A stretch of 64,000 bases of DNA, taken from contig JAGOLH010000001.1 in assembly GCA_017994175.1 (NCBI GenBank), positions 58,394 to 122,393 of the forward strand, written 5' to 3'. How positions within the stretch are numbered: position 1 is the stretch's first letter; every line of letters begins with the position of its first letter. This document shows, one piece after another, positions 49,439-59,820 of the stretch. This DNA is from Bacteroidales bacterium (GTDB lineage Bacteria > Bacteroidota > Bacteroidia > Bacteroidales > ML635J-15). The notes beneath the pieces were generated by a model, which was not told the origin of the DNA, did no database searches, and saw nothing but the letters and a program-made list of their open reading frames with translations. The translations under genes and the position numbers were made by a program.

Positions 49439-50218
49439 ATGCTTTCAAAAGCACAAATAGCACGCATAAAATCGCTGGCCGATAAAAAGAATCGCGACAT
49501 TGAAGGATTATTTGTTGCTGAAGGTACAAAAATCATTAAAGATGCTTTGGAATCCGGTGTAAATATCAAATACCTCATTGCAACGGATGACTGGATTAAA
49601 TCCAATGAATCTGGCTTGGCAGTAACCAACTTGGAAATAACACCGGTATCATCTGAAACAATGAAAAAAATAAGCAGTTTCAGATCACCTGCACAGGTGC
49701 TGGCTGTTTTCGAGAAACCTGCAAAATCGGACCCACCTTTACATGAAGCAGAAATCACTCTTGCTCTTGATGGCATTCAGGATCCGGGCAATTTCGGGAC
49801 AATAATACGATTATGTGAATGGTTTGGCATTACTACAATTATTTGTTCCGAGAGCACAGTTGACGCCTACAATCCAAAGGTGATTCAGTCGAGTATGGGC
49901 GCCTGCCTGCGGGTTAACATATACTATTCCGACCTAAGTCTGTACATTAAAAGATATAAGCATCAAACAAAAAATCCCGTGTATGGGACATTTCTTTCAG
50001 GCAACCCTCTGGGCGTGTCAAAGCTTTCTCAACAGTGTTTAATTATACTGGGTAACGAAGGAAATGGGATTTCGCAACGGCTAGAAATTCTGATTGATAC
50101 AAAAATCAATATTCCGGCTTACCACTCACCAAACATGCAGATGGAATCGCTTAATGTTGCTGTTGCTGCCGGAATAATTTGTTACGAATTCCGGAAAAGA
50201 GGCTTACCGCTTTTATAA
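49439..50218 (+). CDS. TrmH/SpoU family RNA methyltransferase
   Basis: FVAEG, LDGIQDPGNFGTIIR, GNEGNG, ESLNVAVA. Confidence 0.93.
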   Translation: MLSKAQIARIKSLADKKNRDIEGLFVAEGTKIIKDALESGVNIKYLIATDDWIKSNESGLAVTNLEITPVSSETMKKISSFRSPAQVLAVFEKPAKSDPPLHEAEITLALDGIQDPGNFGTIIRLCEWFGITTIICSESTVDAYNPKVIQSSMGACLRVNIYYSDLSLYIKRYKHQTKNPVYGTFLSGNPLGVSKLSQQCLIILGNEGNGISQRLEILIDTKINIPAYHSPNMQMESLNVAVAAGIICYEFRKRGLPLL

Positions 50219-50318
50219 GAATGCAATAAGTTGATTAATTACAACTTACCTGAATAATCGGGTAAATCTTTTTGACTATTACTTGCATTTTATATTTGTG
50301 AGTATCACACCTAATTTT

Positions 50319-50326
50319 TACATTTG
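50319..50326 (+). promoter_or_regulatory. -7 promoter element for hppA
   Basis: TACATTTG 23 nt upstream of the ATG. Confidence 0.6.
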
Positions 50327-50349
50327 CCCCTTAATTTAAATAATAAACT

Positions 50350-52542
50350 ATGGAATCATATTTATTTTGGATTGTACCTATTGCTTCGGTATTGGCGCTG
50401 GGTTTTGCTTATTTTTTCTACCGGCAAATGATGCGTGCAGATGAAGGCACCGAATTAATGAAGACCATTGCTTCCCACGTAAGAAAAGGAGCTATGGCAT
50501 ATTTAAAACAGCAATATAAAGTTGTGCTCATTGTTTTCGCAGTAATTTCCGTACTGTTTGCATTTTTAGCATATGGGCTTGAAATTCAAAATCCGTTTGT
50601 TCCCTTTGCTTTTCTAACAGGAGGGTTTTTCTCAGGTTTGGCAGGTTTTTTTGGCATGAAAACTGCCACTTATGCGTCGGCACGCGCCGCCAATGCAGCA
50701 AGAAAATCTTTGGACTCCGGCTTGAAGCTGGCATTCAGAAGTGGTGCTGTAATGGGTCTGGTAGTTGTTGGGCTTGGATTGCTCGATATCTCGATTTGGT
50801 TTTACATTCTGCAATTGGTTTATCCACCATCAGCCGATCCGAATAATCTTCTAATTATCACAACCACAACCCTTACATTTGGTATGGGAGCTTCAACACA
50901 AGCACTGTTTGCAAGAGTCGGTGGTGGCATCTTCACAAAAGCAGCTGATGTTGGAGCTGACCTTGTTGGTAAAGTTGAAGCCGGTATTCCTGAAGACGAC
51001 CCTCGCAATCCTGCTACTATTGCCGATAATGTGGGTGATAATGTGGGCGATGTTGCAGGTATGGGTGCTGACCTTTACGAATCGTATTGCGGTGCAATAC
51101 TATCCACTGCTGCTTTGGGTGCAGCAGGATTCATCTATCTCGGTGCAGAAACAGCCTACAAGGCAGTAATTGCTCCTATGCTAATTGCTGCTGTCGGAAT
51201 TGTTTTATCCATCATTGGAATTTTCATCGTAAGAACCAAAGAAGGCGCCTCTCAGAAAAAATTATTACGAGCACTGGGTAATGGCGTCAATGCATCTGCA
51301 ATAATGATAGCCATAGCCTCTTATTTTATCCTTCGCTTACTTGAATTACCAAACTATGCAGGTATCTGGTGGTCGATGATTGTCGGACTTATAGCCGGGA
51401 TAGGAATTGGTCAGGCTACCGAGTATTTTACCTCATCATCTTATAAACCTACACGCCGCATCTCTGCTGCATCAAAAACCGGTCATGCAACCGTAATAAT
51501 TGCAGGAATCGGAACCGGCATGATATCAACAATATTTCCCGTGCTCATTGTAGGAGCAGCCATTATGCTTGCATTTGGGTTTTCAGCAAATTGGGAAATG
51601 ACAAATTTTGGTATGGGATTATATGGTATTGCAATTGCTGCTGTGGGGATGTTATCCACACTTGGAATCACACTGGCAACCGATGCCTATGGTCCAATTG
51701 CCGACAATGCTGGTGGCAATGCCGAAATGAGCGGACTGGAACATGAAGTCCGTAAACGTACCGATGCACTTGATACCCTTGGAAATACTACCGCAGCTAC
51801 CGGAAAAGGTTTTGCTATCGGCTCGGCAGCTTTAACAGCCCTCGCTCTTCTGGCTTCTTTTATTGAAGAGGTGCGACAAGGTCTTATTCATTTTCATGAT
51901 AACCCTGTATTACCTAACCTTAATGAGAATGTTAAAGCCAGCGAAGCAGGAATGATTGATATTATTCAATCATTCGAAGTTCATCTGATGAACCCCAAAG
52001 TACTTGTGGGTGCTTTTATTGGTGCTGTCGCCGCATTTCTTTTCTGTGGACTTACTATGAATGCCGTTGGACGTGCTGCTCAAAAAATGGTTGACGAAGT
52101 AAGGCGGCAATTCCGCGAAATCGCAGGAATTCTCGAAGGCAAAGCAACTCCCGATTATGCCAGATGTGTTTCTATATCAACAAAAGCTGCACAGCGAGAA
52201 ATGATGTTCCCTGCACTAATAGCTATCAGTATCCCAATTCTTGTTGGAATAGTTTTCGGTGTAGCAGGAGTAATGGGGTTATTGCTGGGAAGCATTTCAT
52301 CAGGTTTTATTTTGGCTGTATTTATGGCCAACGCCGGAGGAGCATGGGATAATGCAAAAAAATATATCGAAGAAGGAAATTTTGGCGGAAAAGGTTCCGA
52401 TTGCCACAAGGCAGCAGTTACGGGCGACACCGTTGGTGATCCTTTTAAAGATACATCAGGACCCAGCTTAAATATCCTTATCAAATTAATGAGTATGGTT
52501 TCTATTGTAATGGCTGGAGTAACACTGGCTTTTTCGTTCTAA
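50350..52542 (+). CDS. hppA: Membrane-bound K+-dependent pyrophosphatase, probably Na+(,H+)-translocating
   Basis: [34 protein letters not shown] (Ala = K+-dependent class), [14 protein letters not shown]. Confidence 0.97.
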   Translation: MESYLFWIVPIASVLALGFAYFFYRQMMRADEGTELMKTIASHVRKGAMAYLKQQYKVVLIVFAVISVLFAFLAYGLEIQNPFVPFAFLTGGFFSGLAGFFGMKTATYASARAANAARKSLDSGLKLAFRSGAVMGLVVVGLGLLDISIWFYILQLVYPPSADPNNLLIITTTTLTFGMGASTQALFARVGGGIFTKAADVGADLVGKVEAGIPEDDPRNPATIADNVGDNVGDVAGMGADLYESYCGAILSTAALGAAGFIYLGAETAYKAVIAPMLIAAVGIVLSIIGIFIVRTKEGASQKKLLRALGNGVNASAIMIAIASYFILRLLELPNYAGIWWSMIVGLIAGIGIGQATEYFTSSSYKPTRRISAASKTGHATVIIAGIGTGMISTIFPVLIVGAAIMLAFGFSANWEMTNFGMGLYGIAIAAVGMLSTLGITLATDAYGPIADNAGGNAEMSGLEHEVRKRTDALDTLGNTTAATGKGFAIGSAALTALALLASFIEEVRQGLIHFHDNPVLPNLNENVKASEAGMIDIIQSFEVHLMNPKVLVGAFIGAVAAFLFCGLTMNAVGRAAQKMVDEVRRQFREIAGILEGKATPDYARCVSISTKAAQREMMFPALIAISIPILVGIVFGVAGVMGLLLGSISSGFILAVFMANAGGAWDNAKKYIEEGNFGGKGSDCHKAAVTGDTVGDPFKDTSGPSLNILIKLMSMVSIVMAGVTLAFSF

Positions 52543-52568
52543 TTCGATATTTATGCTTTATAAATTTG

Positions 52569-52602
52569 AGAGGTTGGTCACACAGATCAACCTCTTTTTT
52601 TT
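52569..52602 (+). terminator. Rho-independent terminator after hppA
   Basis: 11-bp stem AGAGGTTGGTC/GATCAACCTCT (one G-T), 5-nt loop, followed by a T-run. Confidence 0.9.
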
Positions 52603-52633
52603 AATGGAGGTTATTGCATACATTTAATTATAA

Positions 52634-52641
52634 TATCTTTG
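52634..52641 (+). promoter_or_regulatory. -7 promoter element for the DUF2490-CotH pair
   Basis: TATCTTTG just downstream of the hppA terminator. Confidence 0.6.
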
Positions 52642-52681
52642 TTGCATTGGTGTTATGTAATACAAGCCTTCTTTTACCTGT

Positions 52682-53362
52682 ATGAAACATATTGCTCTTT
52701 TTTCCTTCGCTCTCCTGATTTCGAGTTTGTTGATATCGCAGGAAATTGCTGTGGTTAGAGATGCAGGGTTATGGGCAGGTATCGGGGTGGAAAAAAGAAT
52801 CACAAAGGACTTTCAGGCAGAGTTCAATCAGGAGCTTCGCCTGTATCATAATTGTACAAAAATTGATGATTGCATATCGGATTTGGGTATCGATTACTCA
52901 ATTAACCGGAATTTCAGCATTGGGGCAAACGGACGTTATACATATAATATTAAGAGAGACGAAGTAATTGAGAATGATTTGCGATATGGCTTCGATATGA
53001 ATTATAAAGCACGCCTTGGCTTACGTTTTAAGTTATTTTGTCGCGCACGGTATTCGAAGGAGTACTTTGATGCGTTTAACAAAATTAGCCAGGAAAAATT
53101 AACCGAAACCGATTTTCGGTATCGTTTGAAGCTTGAATACCAATATAATGGCATGCATTCTTTGTACACATCGGGTGAAATCTTCCGTACCACCGACAAA
53201 CTCAGGGATCCCTATTTCAGCAAAATCAGGTGTTTTGCAGGTGACGAAATCCGTATTCAATCAGGCGTACTCAACCTTGCCATAGGATATGAATTACAGA
53301 ACAAAATAAGCTACAGAACATCATTTGTTTTTATGGCAATTTCGTACACTCTAAAACTATAG
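52682..53362 (+). CDS. DUF2490-like outer-membrane beta-barrel protein
   Basis: Signal peptide; D.GLW.GIGVEK, ELRL, RYRLKLEY, EIF, C-terminal SYTLKL. Confidence 0.72.
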   Translation: MKHIALFSFALLISSLLISQEIAVVRDAGLWAGIGVEKRITKDFQAEFNQELRLYHNCTKIDDCISDLGIDYSINRNFSIGANGRYTYNIKRDEVIENDLRYGFDMNYKARLGLRFKLFCRARYSKEYFDAFNKISQEKLTETDFRYRLKLEYQYNGMHSLYTSGEIFRTTDKLRDPYFSKIRCFAGDEIRIQSGVLNLAIGYELQNKISYRTSFVFMAISYTLKL

Positions 53363-53366
53363 CATA

Positions 53367-54863
53367 ATGAGGTCCGTCATTATCAGCTTTATCTGTATTC
53401 TGACAGCAGCATTGCTGAGTTCCTGTTACAAGGAAGAAGTGATATACGACTTGCAACCGGACAACTCTCTTGAACTGTCCACCATTTTGCGTTTTAACGG
53501 AAAAGATTGCGTGTTCGATTCAGGCAGAAATTTGTTGCGTTATCCTGTCAATGCAGATTCAATTGTTCACTTTGAGCCGTTTACCGAATTTCAGGATTAT
53601 TCCGAAATTTATTTTGCTAACAGGCAATTGAGCCGAAATACCATAAATAACATTGGGACGGTTCACATAAACCAGGAGTACCCTATTATTGTAAAGACCG
53701 GTGATTTTACCAAGGAAATTACCCTGGTTTTTACAAATTTACCAATTGTTCAAATCACAACTATCAGTGGGTTTTTCGACGAACCAAAGACGCTCGCTCG
53801 GTTGACGATTCACTACCCTGAGCCGGAAAGACCAAGTTACAGCAGCTATATCGGGATAGAATACCGTGGTGTAACAGCACAATTATTTCCCAAAAAATCG
53901 TATGGTTTTGCAATACTGGGTAGCATGAACATCAAAGATCGCAGATCATGTCAGCTTTTTTCAATGAGGTTACTCGAAAACTGGATTCTTGATGCCATGT
54001 ACATCGACAAGGGTAGGCTCCGAAATAAGGTTTCTTTCGAAATCTGGCGTAACATGGGTGAGAATACCCAGCACGATGGTCTGCAATCGGAACTGGTTGA
54101 GCTGGTAATTAACAATAGCCATCAGGGGCTATATTGTCTCAACGAAAATATCACTGCAGAACTTCTGCAATTTTCGCAGCCAGATGCAGTACTTTATAAG
54201 GCTTACGATTGGGCAAACGGAGCAGTAACTTTCGATATTCCTCCCGAAATGCCCTCAACAATACAATACTGGGACGGATGGGAACAAAAATTTCCGGATC
54301 CCGAATTAAAAACAAACTGGATGCCGCTTTATAAATTGCGCGATTTTGTTGTAAACTCTTCCGATGCTGAATTCTGCGATAGTATAGCCGACCTGATTGA
54401 TATGGATAATTTTATCGACTATTTTTTATTTCTCAATCTGGTAACAGCCCTCGACAATGTTGGCAAGAATACATTTCTGGCACAAACAGGGAATACTGAT
54501 AAATTCTTTATTATACCTTGGGATATAGATGCAAGCTGGGGGCTTTTCTGGGACGGCACGTATATTGGTTACACAAACCGGCTCACCAACAATCTTTACA
54601 ACAGGCTTATCAACTTAAACCCTGACAATTTTAGAGAAAGACTTAAAACAAGATGGGTTAGCCTTCGAAACTCTAATTTCACTGAAACCGAAATTTTGTC
54701 GTTGTTTGAAAGAGATTTTGAAAAAATCTCAAAATCCGACATCATATCACTCGAGAACAGTATCTGGAGCTTAAACCTAAACATTGAAGAAGAACGCAAT
54801 TTTATCCAGACATGGATACCTGCACGGCTCAATTACCTTGATGCATACATCAGCGGATTGTAG
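53367..54863 (+). CDS. CotH-family atypical protein kinase, lipoprotein
   Basis: Lipobox LSSC; IEYRG...FPKKSY, WILDAMYID...RNKVS, GLYCLNE, DNVGKN, PWDIDASW. Confidence 0.88.
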   Translation: MRSVIISFICILTAALLSSCYKEEVIYDLQPDNSLELSTILRFNGKDCVFDSGRNLLRYPVNADSIVHFEPFTEFQDYSEIYFANRQLSRNTINNIGTVHINQEYPIIVKTGDFTKEITLVFTNLPIVQITTISGFFDEPKTLARLTIHYPEPERPSYSSYIGIEYRGVTAQLFPKKSYGFAILGSMNIKDRRSCQLFSMRLLENWILDAMYIDKGRLRNKVSFEIWRNMGENTQHDGLQSELVELVINNSHQGLYCLNENITAELLQFSQPDAVLYKAYDWANGAVTFDIPPEMPSTIQYWDGWEQKFPDPELKTNWMPLYKLRDFVVNSSDAEFCDSIADLIDMDNFIDYFLFLNLVTALDNVGKNTFLAQTGNTDKFFIIPWDIDASWGLFWDGTYIGYTNRLTNNLYNRLINLNPDNFRERLKTRWVSLRNSNFTETEILSLFERDFEKISKSDIISLENSIWSLNLNIEEERNFIQTWIPARLNYLDAYISGL

Positions 54864-54943
54864 TCATAGCCAAGCAAAGAGACAAATTAACAACTTTATT
54901 ATCCACTGATAAAGTATTTCGTGTTAAATAGAGCAATAAACAG

Positions 54944-54951
54944 TAACTTTG
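54944..54951 (+). promoter_or_regulatory. -7 promoter element for hydA
   Basis: TAACTTTG 17 nt upstream of ATG 54969. Confidence 0.55.
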
Positions 54952-54968
54952 TATTATTAGCAATTCAT

Positions 54969-56345
54969 ATGGATATACTCATTAAGAATGGCAACATTAT
55001 AACTTCGGAATATTCGGTTGTGAATGATGTTTATATACATGAGGGTAAAATACATTCTATCGGCAAAAACCTGAAGCATTCAGCAACCACACGAATAGTT
55101 GATGCTTCAGGAAAATTCGTATTTCCCGGAGGTGTTGATCCACATGTGCATATGTGTTTGCCTACTCCTGCAGGGCCTTCATCCGACGATTTTCGTACCG
55201 GCAGTATTGCAGCATTGTACGGTGGAACAACAACCCTAATCGATTTTGTCACTCCTGTAAAAGGAGAAAGTCTGCCGAATGCACTGGAAAAGCGAAAACG
55301 CGAGGCAGAAAATTCGCTGATTGATTATTCGTTCCATGTAAGTCCGATAGAATGGCACAGCGGGACCAGAAATGAGATTTCCGATTGCTTCAGCAATGGG
55401 ATTACTTCTTTCAAAGTATATCTTGCATACCGAAAAACCGTCGGTCTTTGTGATGCTGATTTTCTGAAAGTGCTTCGCACAGTTGGAGAATTGGGGGGCA
55501 TAGTAACCGCGCACTGTGAACTTGGTGAAGAAATCGAAAGGCTTCGTGATTATTATTTCTCTGTAAACAAGACAGAACCGCTCTATCATTACCTATCCAG
55601 GCCTGCCGAAATGGAGTCGGATTCAGTAAAAAAGGCGATTGCTCTTGCTCAGGAGGCGGGCTGTAGTTTTTACGTAGTGCATGTATCTACAAAAAAATCG
55701 CTTTTTCACATTGAAGAAGCCAAAAAAAAAGGACAACAGGTTTATGCTGAAACCTGTCCACATTATTTACTGCTGAATAACCCGCCGATTACAGGCAGTT
55801 TCGCGTCAGCAGCACCTTATATTATTAGTCCTCCGCTCCGTGAGCCATGTGATAATGAGGCACTATGGCATGCCATTAACAAAAATGTTGTAAGCACTAT
55901 CGGAACCGATCATTGCCCATTCAATATGGAACAAAAAAGAGCCGGGGCAAACGATTTCAGGAGCATACCCAACGGGGCCGGCAGCATCGAATACCGTTTG
56001 CCGTTACTATATACATACGGGGTGCTGGGGAAGAAGATAAGCATCAATAAAATGGTGGATATTTTCAGCACAATGCCGGCAAAGATATTCGGGTTGTTTC
56101 CGCAGAAAGGTTGCATTGCAATCGGTTCCGATGCTGATATCGTGATCTGGAATCCTGATGGCAGCCATTCAATTTCTCTATTAAATCAGCATCAGCATTG
56201 CGACATAAACATCTATAACGGACTTTCGGTTTCGGGGCATGCAGAGTATATAGTGAAAGGAGGTGAAATTGCCGTTAACAACGACATACTGTTTTCTAGC
56301 ATAAGCCGCGGTAGATTTTTAAAGCGAAACAGACCCGAACTGTGA
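54969..56345 (+). CDS. hydA: Dihydropyrimidinase / hydantoinase (cyclic amidohydrolase)
   Basis: PGGVDPHVH, SFKVY (carbamylated Lys), AHCE, VVHVS, GTDHCP, IGSDADIVIW. Confidence 0.93.
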   Translation: MDILIKNGNIITSEYSVVNDVYIHEGKIHSIGKNLKHSATTRIVDASGKFVFPGGVDPHVHMCLPTPAGPSSDDFRTGSIAALYGGTTTLIDFVTPVKGESLPNALEKRKREAENSLIDYSFHVSPIEWHSGTRNEISDCFSNGITSFKVYLAYRKTVGLCDADFLKVLRTVGELGGIVTAHCELGEEIERLRDYYFSVNKTEPLYHYLSRPAEMESDSVKKAIALAQEAGCSFYVVHVSTKKSLFHIEEAKKKGQQVYAETCPHYLLLNNPPITGSFASAAPYIISPPLREPCDNEALWHAINKNVVSTIGTDHCPFNMEQKRAGANDFRSIPNGAGSIEYRLPLLYTYGVLGKKISINKMVDIFSTMPAKIFGLFPQKGCIAIGSDADIVIWNPDGSHSISLLNQHQHCDINIYNGLSVSGHAEYIVKGGEIAVNNDILFSSISRGRFLKRNRPEL

Positions 56346-56357
56346 TTTTATTAACCG

Positions 56358-57548
56358 CTACAAAGCACCAACACGCAAGCGGTTTCGTTCAACCAATTTG
56401 CGCAATGCTTCGGCAGGATTTTCAAAACGATTTGTAAACATCATGGCAGCAATTATATACGGTTTGAATCCAGCTTCAATGTAAGTTCTTATGCGGTACT
56501 TTTCGAAAACATCTCCGTTAACTTCACCTTCTTTACACGAAACTCCGCTTATATCGGCAGGGAGGCAGTGCATGTACAATGCATCTTCGTTTTTGGTGGA
56601 TTTCATTTTAGTTGCATCGTATTCCCAATTTTTATATACGGCATTGTTGGCAAGGCACACCTGCTCAAGCTCCTTCAACCCGTTTTTGTCAGCATTTTTC
56701 AACAGCTCTGTTCTTTGCTGCATAATATGGTATGGAGCCCAGCTTTTGGGGTAAACGATATCTGCTCCTTTCATGGCTTCGTCCATAGAATGCATTACGC
56801 TGAAACTGCCTCCGCTTTGCTGAGCCTGAGTCTTTGCACGCTCTACCACATTGGGTATTAATCCGTATCCTTCGGGATGAGCAAGTACAATGTCCATTCC
56901 AAACCTCGACATCAGTCCGATAATACCTTGGGGAACCGATAAAGGTTTGCCATAACTGGGACTATACGCCCAACTCATCACAATTTTTTTACCTTTGAGT
57001 TTATCGAGGGAGCCAAAATAATGCTTCAAATGCATCAGGTCTGCCATTGCTTGGGTTGGATGGTCGATATCGCATTGAAGGTTAACAATACCCGGCCGCA
57101 CTGGCAGCACCCCCTGCGAGAACCCTTCGTCCAGAGCAGCACCGACTTCCCTCATATATCTGTTCCCTTCACCCAGGAAAATATCATCGCGTATTCCTAT
57201 GAAATCAGACATAAACGATATCATGTTCGCTGTCTCACGCACTGTTTCACCATGTGCAATCTGCGATTTTTCCTCATCCAGGTCCTGAACAGCCAGTCCA
57301 AGCATATTACTTGCGGAGGCGAAGGAAAACCTTGTCCTTGTGGAGTTATCTCTGAAATTCGATATTGCCAGTCCGGAATCAAAAACCCGCAGCGAAATAT
57401 TCTGAGATCGCATTTCTTTCATGATGGATGCCACTTCGAGGATTAGTCTGATTTCCTCTTCCGTTTTCTCCCAGGTCAACAAGAAATCCTTTTGATACAG
57501 TCCGGATTTTAGCAATCGTAAGGCTTCAATTTTCTCAATTAGTTTCAT
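56358..57548 (-). CDS. ygeW: Knotted carbamoyltransferase YgeW
   Basis: FRDNSTRT, HGETVRET, QCDIDHPTQ, WAYSPSYGKPLSVPQG, HCLPAD; ATG at 57548. Confidence 0.93.
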   Translation of the reverse strand: MKLIEKIEALRLLKSGLYQKDFLLTWEKTEEEIRLILEVASIMKEMRSQNISLRVFDSGLAISNFRDNSTRTRFSFASASNMLGLAVQDLDEEKSQIAHGETVRETANMISFMSDFIGIRDDIFLGEGNRYMREVGAALDEGFSQGVLPVRPGIVNLQCDIDHPTQAMADLMHLKHYFGSLDKLKGKKIVMSWAYSPSYGKPLSVPQGIIGLMSRFGMDIVLAHPEGYGLIPNVVERAKTQAQQSGGSFSVMHSMDEAMKGADIVYPKSWAPYHIMQQRTELLKNADKNGLKELEQVCLANNAVYKNWEYDATKMKSTKNEDALYMHCLPADISGVSCKEGEVNGDVFEKYRIRTYIEAGFKPYIIAAMMFTNRFENPAEALRKLVERNRLRVGAL

Positions 57549-57567
57549 GTTGTTCAGTTTTTGATTG

Positions 57568-58755
57568 TTACATTTCGAATGCAAAAGCAGCATAAAAAGC
57601 AGCCGCAACTACCAGATCCGACACCGCGACTTTTTCATCTGGGGCGTGAGCCAAAACTTCGTTCCCGGGTCCAAAGCCAATAGTTGGAATGCCATACACG
57701 CCATTGGTCATAATGCCATTCGTGGAAAAGGTCCATTTATCAATGGTCGGTTTTTTTTCAAAAAGTTTTTCATACGCTTTCACACCGGTAACCACTATTT
57801 CGTGATCTTCAGGCATTTTCCATGTCGGATAATATTTTTCCATACCATATTTCAGGCCTGTATATGCAGTTTCATAATAGTTCAGCACTTCAACCTTGGC
57901 ATTCATTCCCTGAACGAGAGCTTCAATTTCCTTAACTGCCGACTCTTTGGTTTCGCCCCAGGTCAATCTTCTGTCGAGATGAACCCGTGCATAATCGGCT
58001 ACAGCGCATAGCGAAGGGCTCCCGGAAATTATTTCAGAAATAGTAACGCTTCCCCGGCCTAAGAATTCATCGTATGCAAGCTTCTCATTTAATTTCTCAA
58101 TTTCAAGGGCAACACGCGAGGCCATATAAATTGCATTTTTCCCACGTTCAGGTGCCGAACCATGCGACGAAACACCATAAAAGTGTACATGCATCTCCAT
58201 TCTTCCCCGATGCCCTCTGTATATATTCAGGTTTGTAGGTTCAGTGCTTATCACAAAATCTGGTTTTATTTTATCCTCTTCTATAATATACTTCCAGCAA
58301 AGCCCATCACAATCTTCCTCCATAACACTGCCCACGAAATACACTGTCACATCACGGTTAAAACCCAGTTCTTTTAAAACTCTGCCCGCAGTAACAAATG
58401 CTGCAGGTCCACCTTCCTGATCGACAGTGCCTCTTCCATGAACAAATCCGTTTTTAATCTCTCCGCCGAGGGGATCAAAGCTCCAATTGGCAGTATTTCC
58501 TATATCCACCGTATCCATATGACCATCAATTGCCAACACTTTTTTTCCGTTACCAATACGCCCGATTACATTTCCCAATCCGTCGATGAAAACCTCATCG
58601 AAACCCGCTTCCTCCATCTGCCGTTTCAGCGCCAGCTGAACATCTTTTTCCTGCAAACTGAGTGATTTAATTTTAACCAATTCCGATAAGTTTTTTGCAG
58701 TATAATCGCTGTATTTCTCTGATAATGCTTTGATTCTAGAATACGTCGCTTCCAT
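57568..58755 (-). CDS. ygeY: YgeY family M20 metallo-hydrolase
   Basis: IDGHMDTV, GRGTVDQEGG, EEDCDG, EPT, SHGSAPERG, FSTNG, HAPDE. Confidence 0.92.
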   Translation of the reverse strand: MEATYSRIKALSEKYSDYTAKNLSELVKIKSLSLQEKDVQLALKRQMEEAGFDEVFIDGLGNVIGRIGNGKKVLAIDGHMDTVDIGNTANWSFDPLGGEIKNGFVHGRGTVDQEGGPAAFVTAGRVLKELGFNRDVTVYFVGSVMEEDCDGLCWKYIIEEDKIKPDFVISTEPTNLNIYRGHRGRMEMHVHFYGVSSHGSAPERGKNAIYMASRVALEIEKLNEKLAYDEFLGRGSVTISEIISGSPSLCAVADYARVHLDRRLTWGETKESAVKEIEALVQGMNAKVEVLNYYETAYTGLKYGMEKYYPTWKMPEDHEIVVTGVKAYEKLFEKKPTIDKWTFSTNGIMTNGVYGIPTIGFGPGNEVLAHAPDEKVAVSDLVVAAAFYAAFAFEM

Positions 58756-58773
58756 ATTGTTAAAGTATTTTCA

Positions 58774-58781
58774 CAAAAGTA
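58774..58781 (-). promoter_or_regulatory. -7 promoter element for ygeY-ygeW
   Basis: TACTTTTG on the minus strand; divergent partner TACCTTTG at 58896-58903 on the plus strand. Confidence 0.55.
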
Positions 58782-58924
58782 AATTTAGTTTATTTTAAAA
58801 CGATTTAAAAATATTTCAAACATTAAAAATTCAACTTCAAGAATTTATTACCTCTTTAATATTGCCTGATTATGGGCGGACAAATATTGTTTTATTACCT
58901 TTGGACAAAAACTAAGGACGGATT

Positions 58925-59806
58925 ATGGGCAGGCTCTTTTTTACATTAAAAATAATTATTCTTAGCCCTATTGTAATTGTATTTACAGGTATTCTTCTTA
59001 CAGTGATATGTTGCCGTACTCCCAAAACGGTCAGTGTGATTACTGAATACAGCCCTGAACAAAAGGCCTTATGGCAAAAACAAAAAGGCTCAATTAATGA
59101 AATCAACCGTTTATTTGCTGAGAACAACCAGGATTACTTCACCGATATTCAAAGAGATACAATAAAACCTGATAATATTTTCAGAATTGCAGTAATTGGA
59201 GATTCTTGGATATGGGGCGATGGAATTTATTATAAATATACATGGAGCCATTTGCTTGAAGATAAAATACTGGAAAAATACAAAAACACCGAACTAATAT
59301 CATGGGGTTTATGTGGTTGGAGTACCCTTCACGAATACAGATATTTCATTAATAACGGATTTCGCTATCATTCCGATTTGCTTATTGTCGGGGTAGTTGA
59401 AAACGACCCTTCATTAAGTTACGACGACCAACCGGCTGAATTTAAGAAATGGCAGGAAGGCCTCTACTCCGATTTTAATTTGAAAGGCTACGAAAACCTA
59501 ATCCTTGATTTTGTTGATAGTGTTAACAGCAATGGTACGGAAATATTATTTGTATTGACTCCCCTATCTGCTGACAGCACTCGCATGAGATGGAATAATA
59601 AGATAGTAGATATAATGACGCGGAATAACCTGAATTATCTTAATCTGTATCCAGCATTTGCAAATAAGTTCAAAGGACTGCCACCTGAAGTATTGTTCGC
59701 GTCTCCTGTAAACGGACACCCGGGGTTGCGTTTGAATAAGTTTTTTGCAAATGAAGTATTTAACTATTTGAAGCGCAATAATTATTTAATAAAAAAGGTC
59801 AGCTAG
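58925..59806 (+). CDS. SGNH/GDSL hydrolase family protein, membrane-anchored
   Basis: N-terminal TM; AVIGDSWIWG block I, ENDP block III, NGHP block V. Confidence 0.75.
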   Translation: MGRLFFTLKIIILSPIVIVFTGILLTVICCRTPKTVSVITEYSPEQKALWQKQKGSINEINRLFAENNQDYFTDIQRDTIKPDNIFRIAVIGDSWIWGDGIYYKYTWSHLLEDKILEKYKNTELISWGLCGWSTLHEYRYFINNGFRYHSDLLIVGVVENDPSLSYDDQPAEFKKWQEGLYSDFNLKGYENLILDFVDSVNSNGTEILFVLTPLSADSTRMRWNNKIVDIMTRNNLNYLNLYPAFANKFKGLPPEVLFASPVNGHPGLRLNKFFANEVFNYLKRNNYLIKKVS

Positions 59807-59820
59807 AAACTTTCAGTTTT

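Noticed and set aside
54969-58755. Selenocysteine recoding in the selenium-linked yge genes
   Set aside because: All three ORFs are full length with no in-frame TGA interrupting a domain
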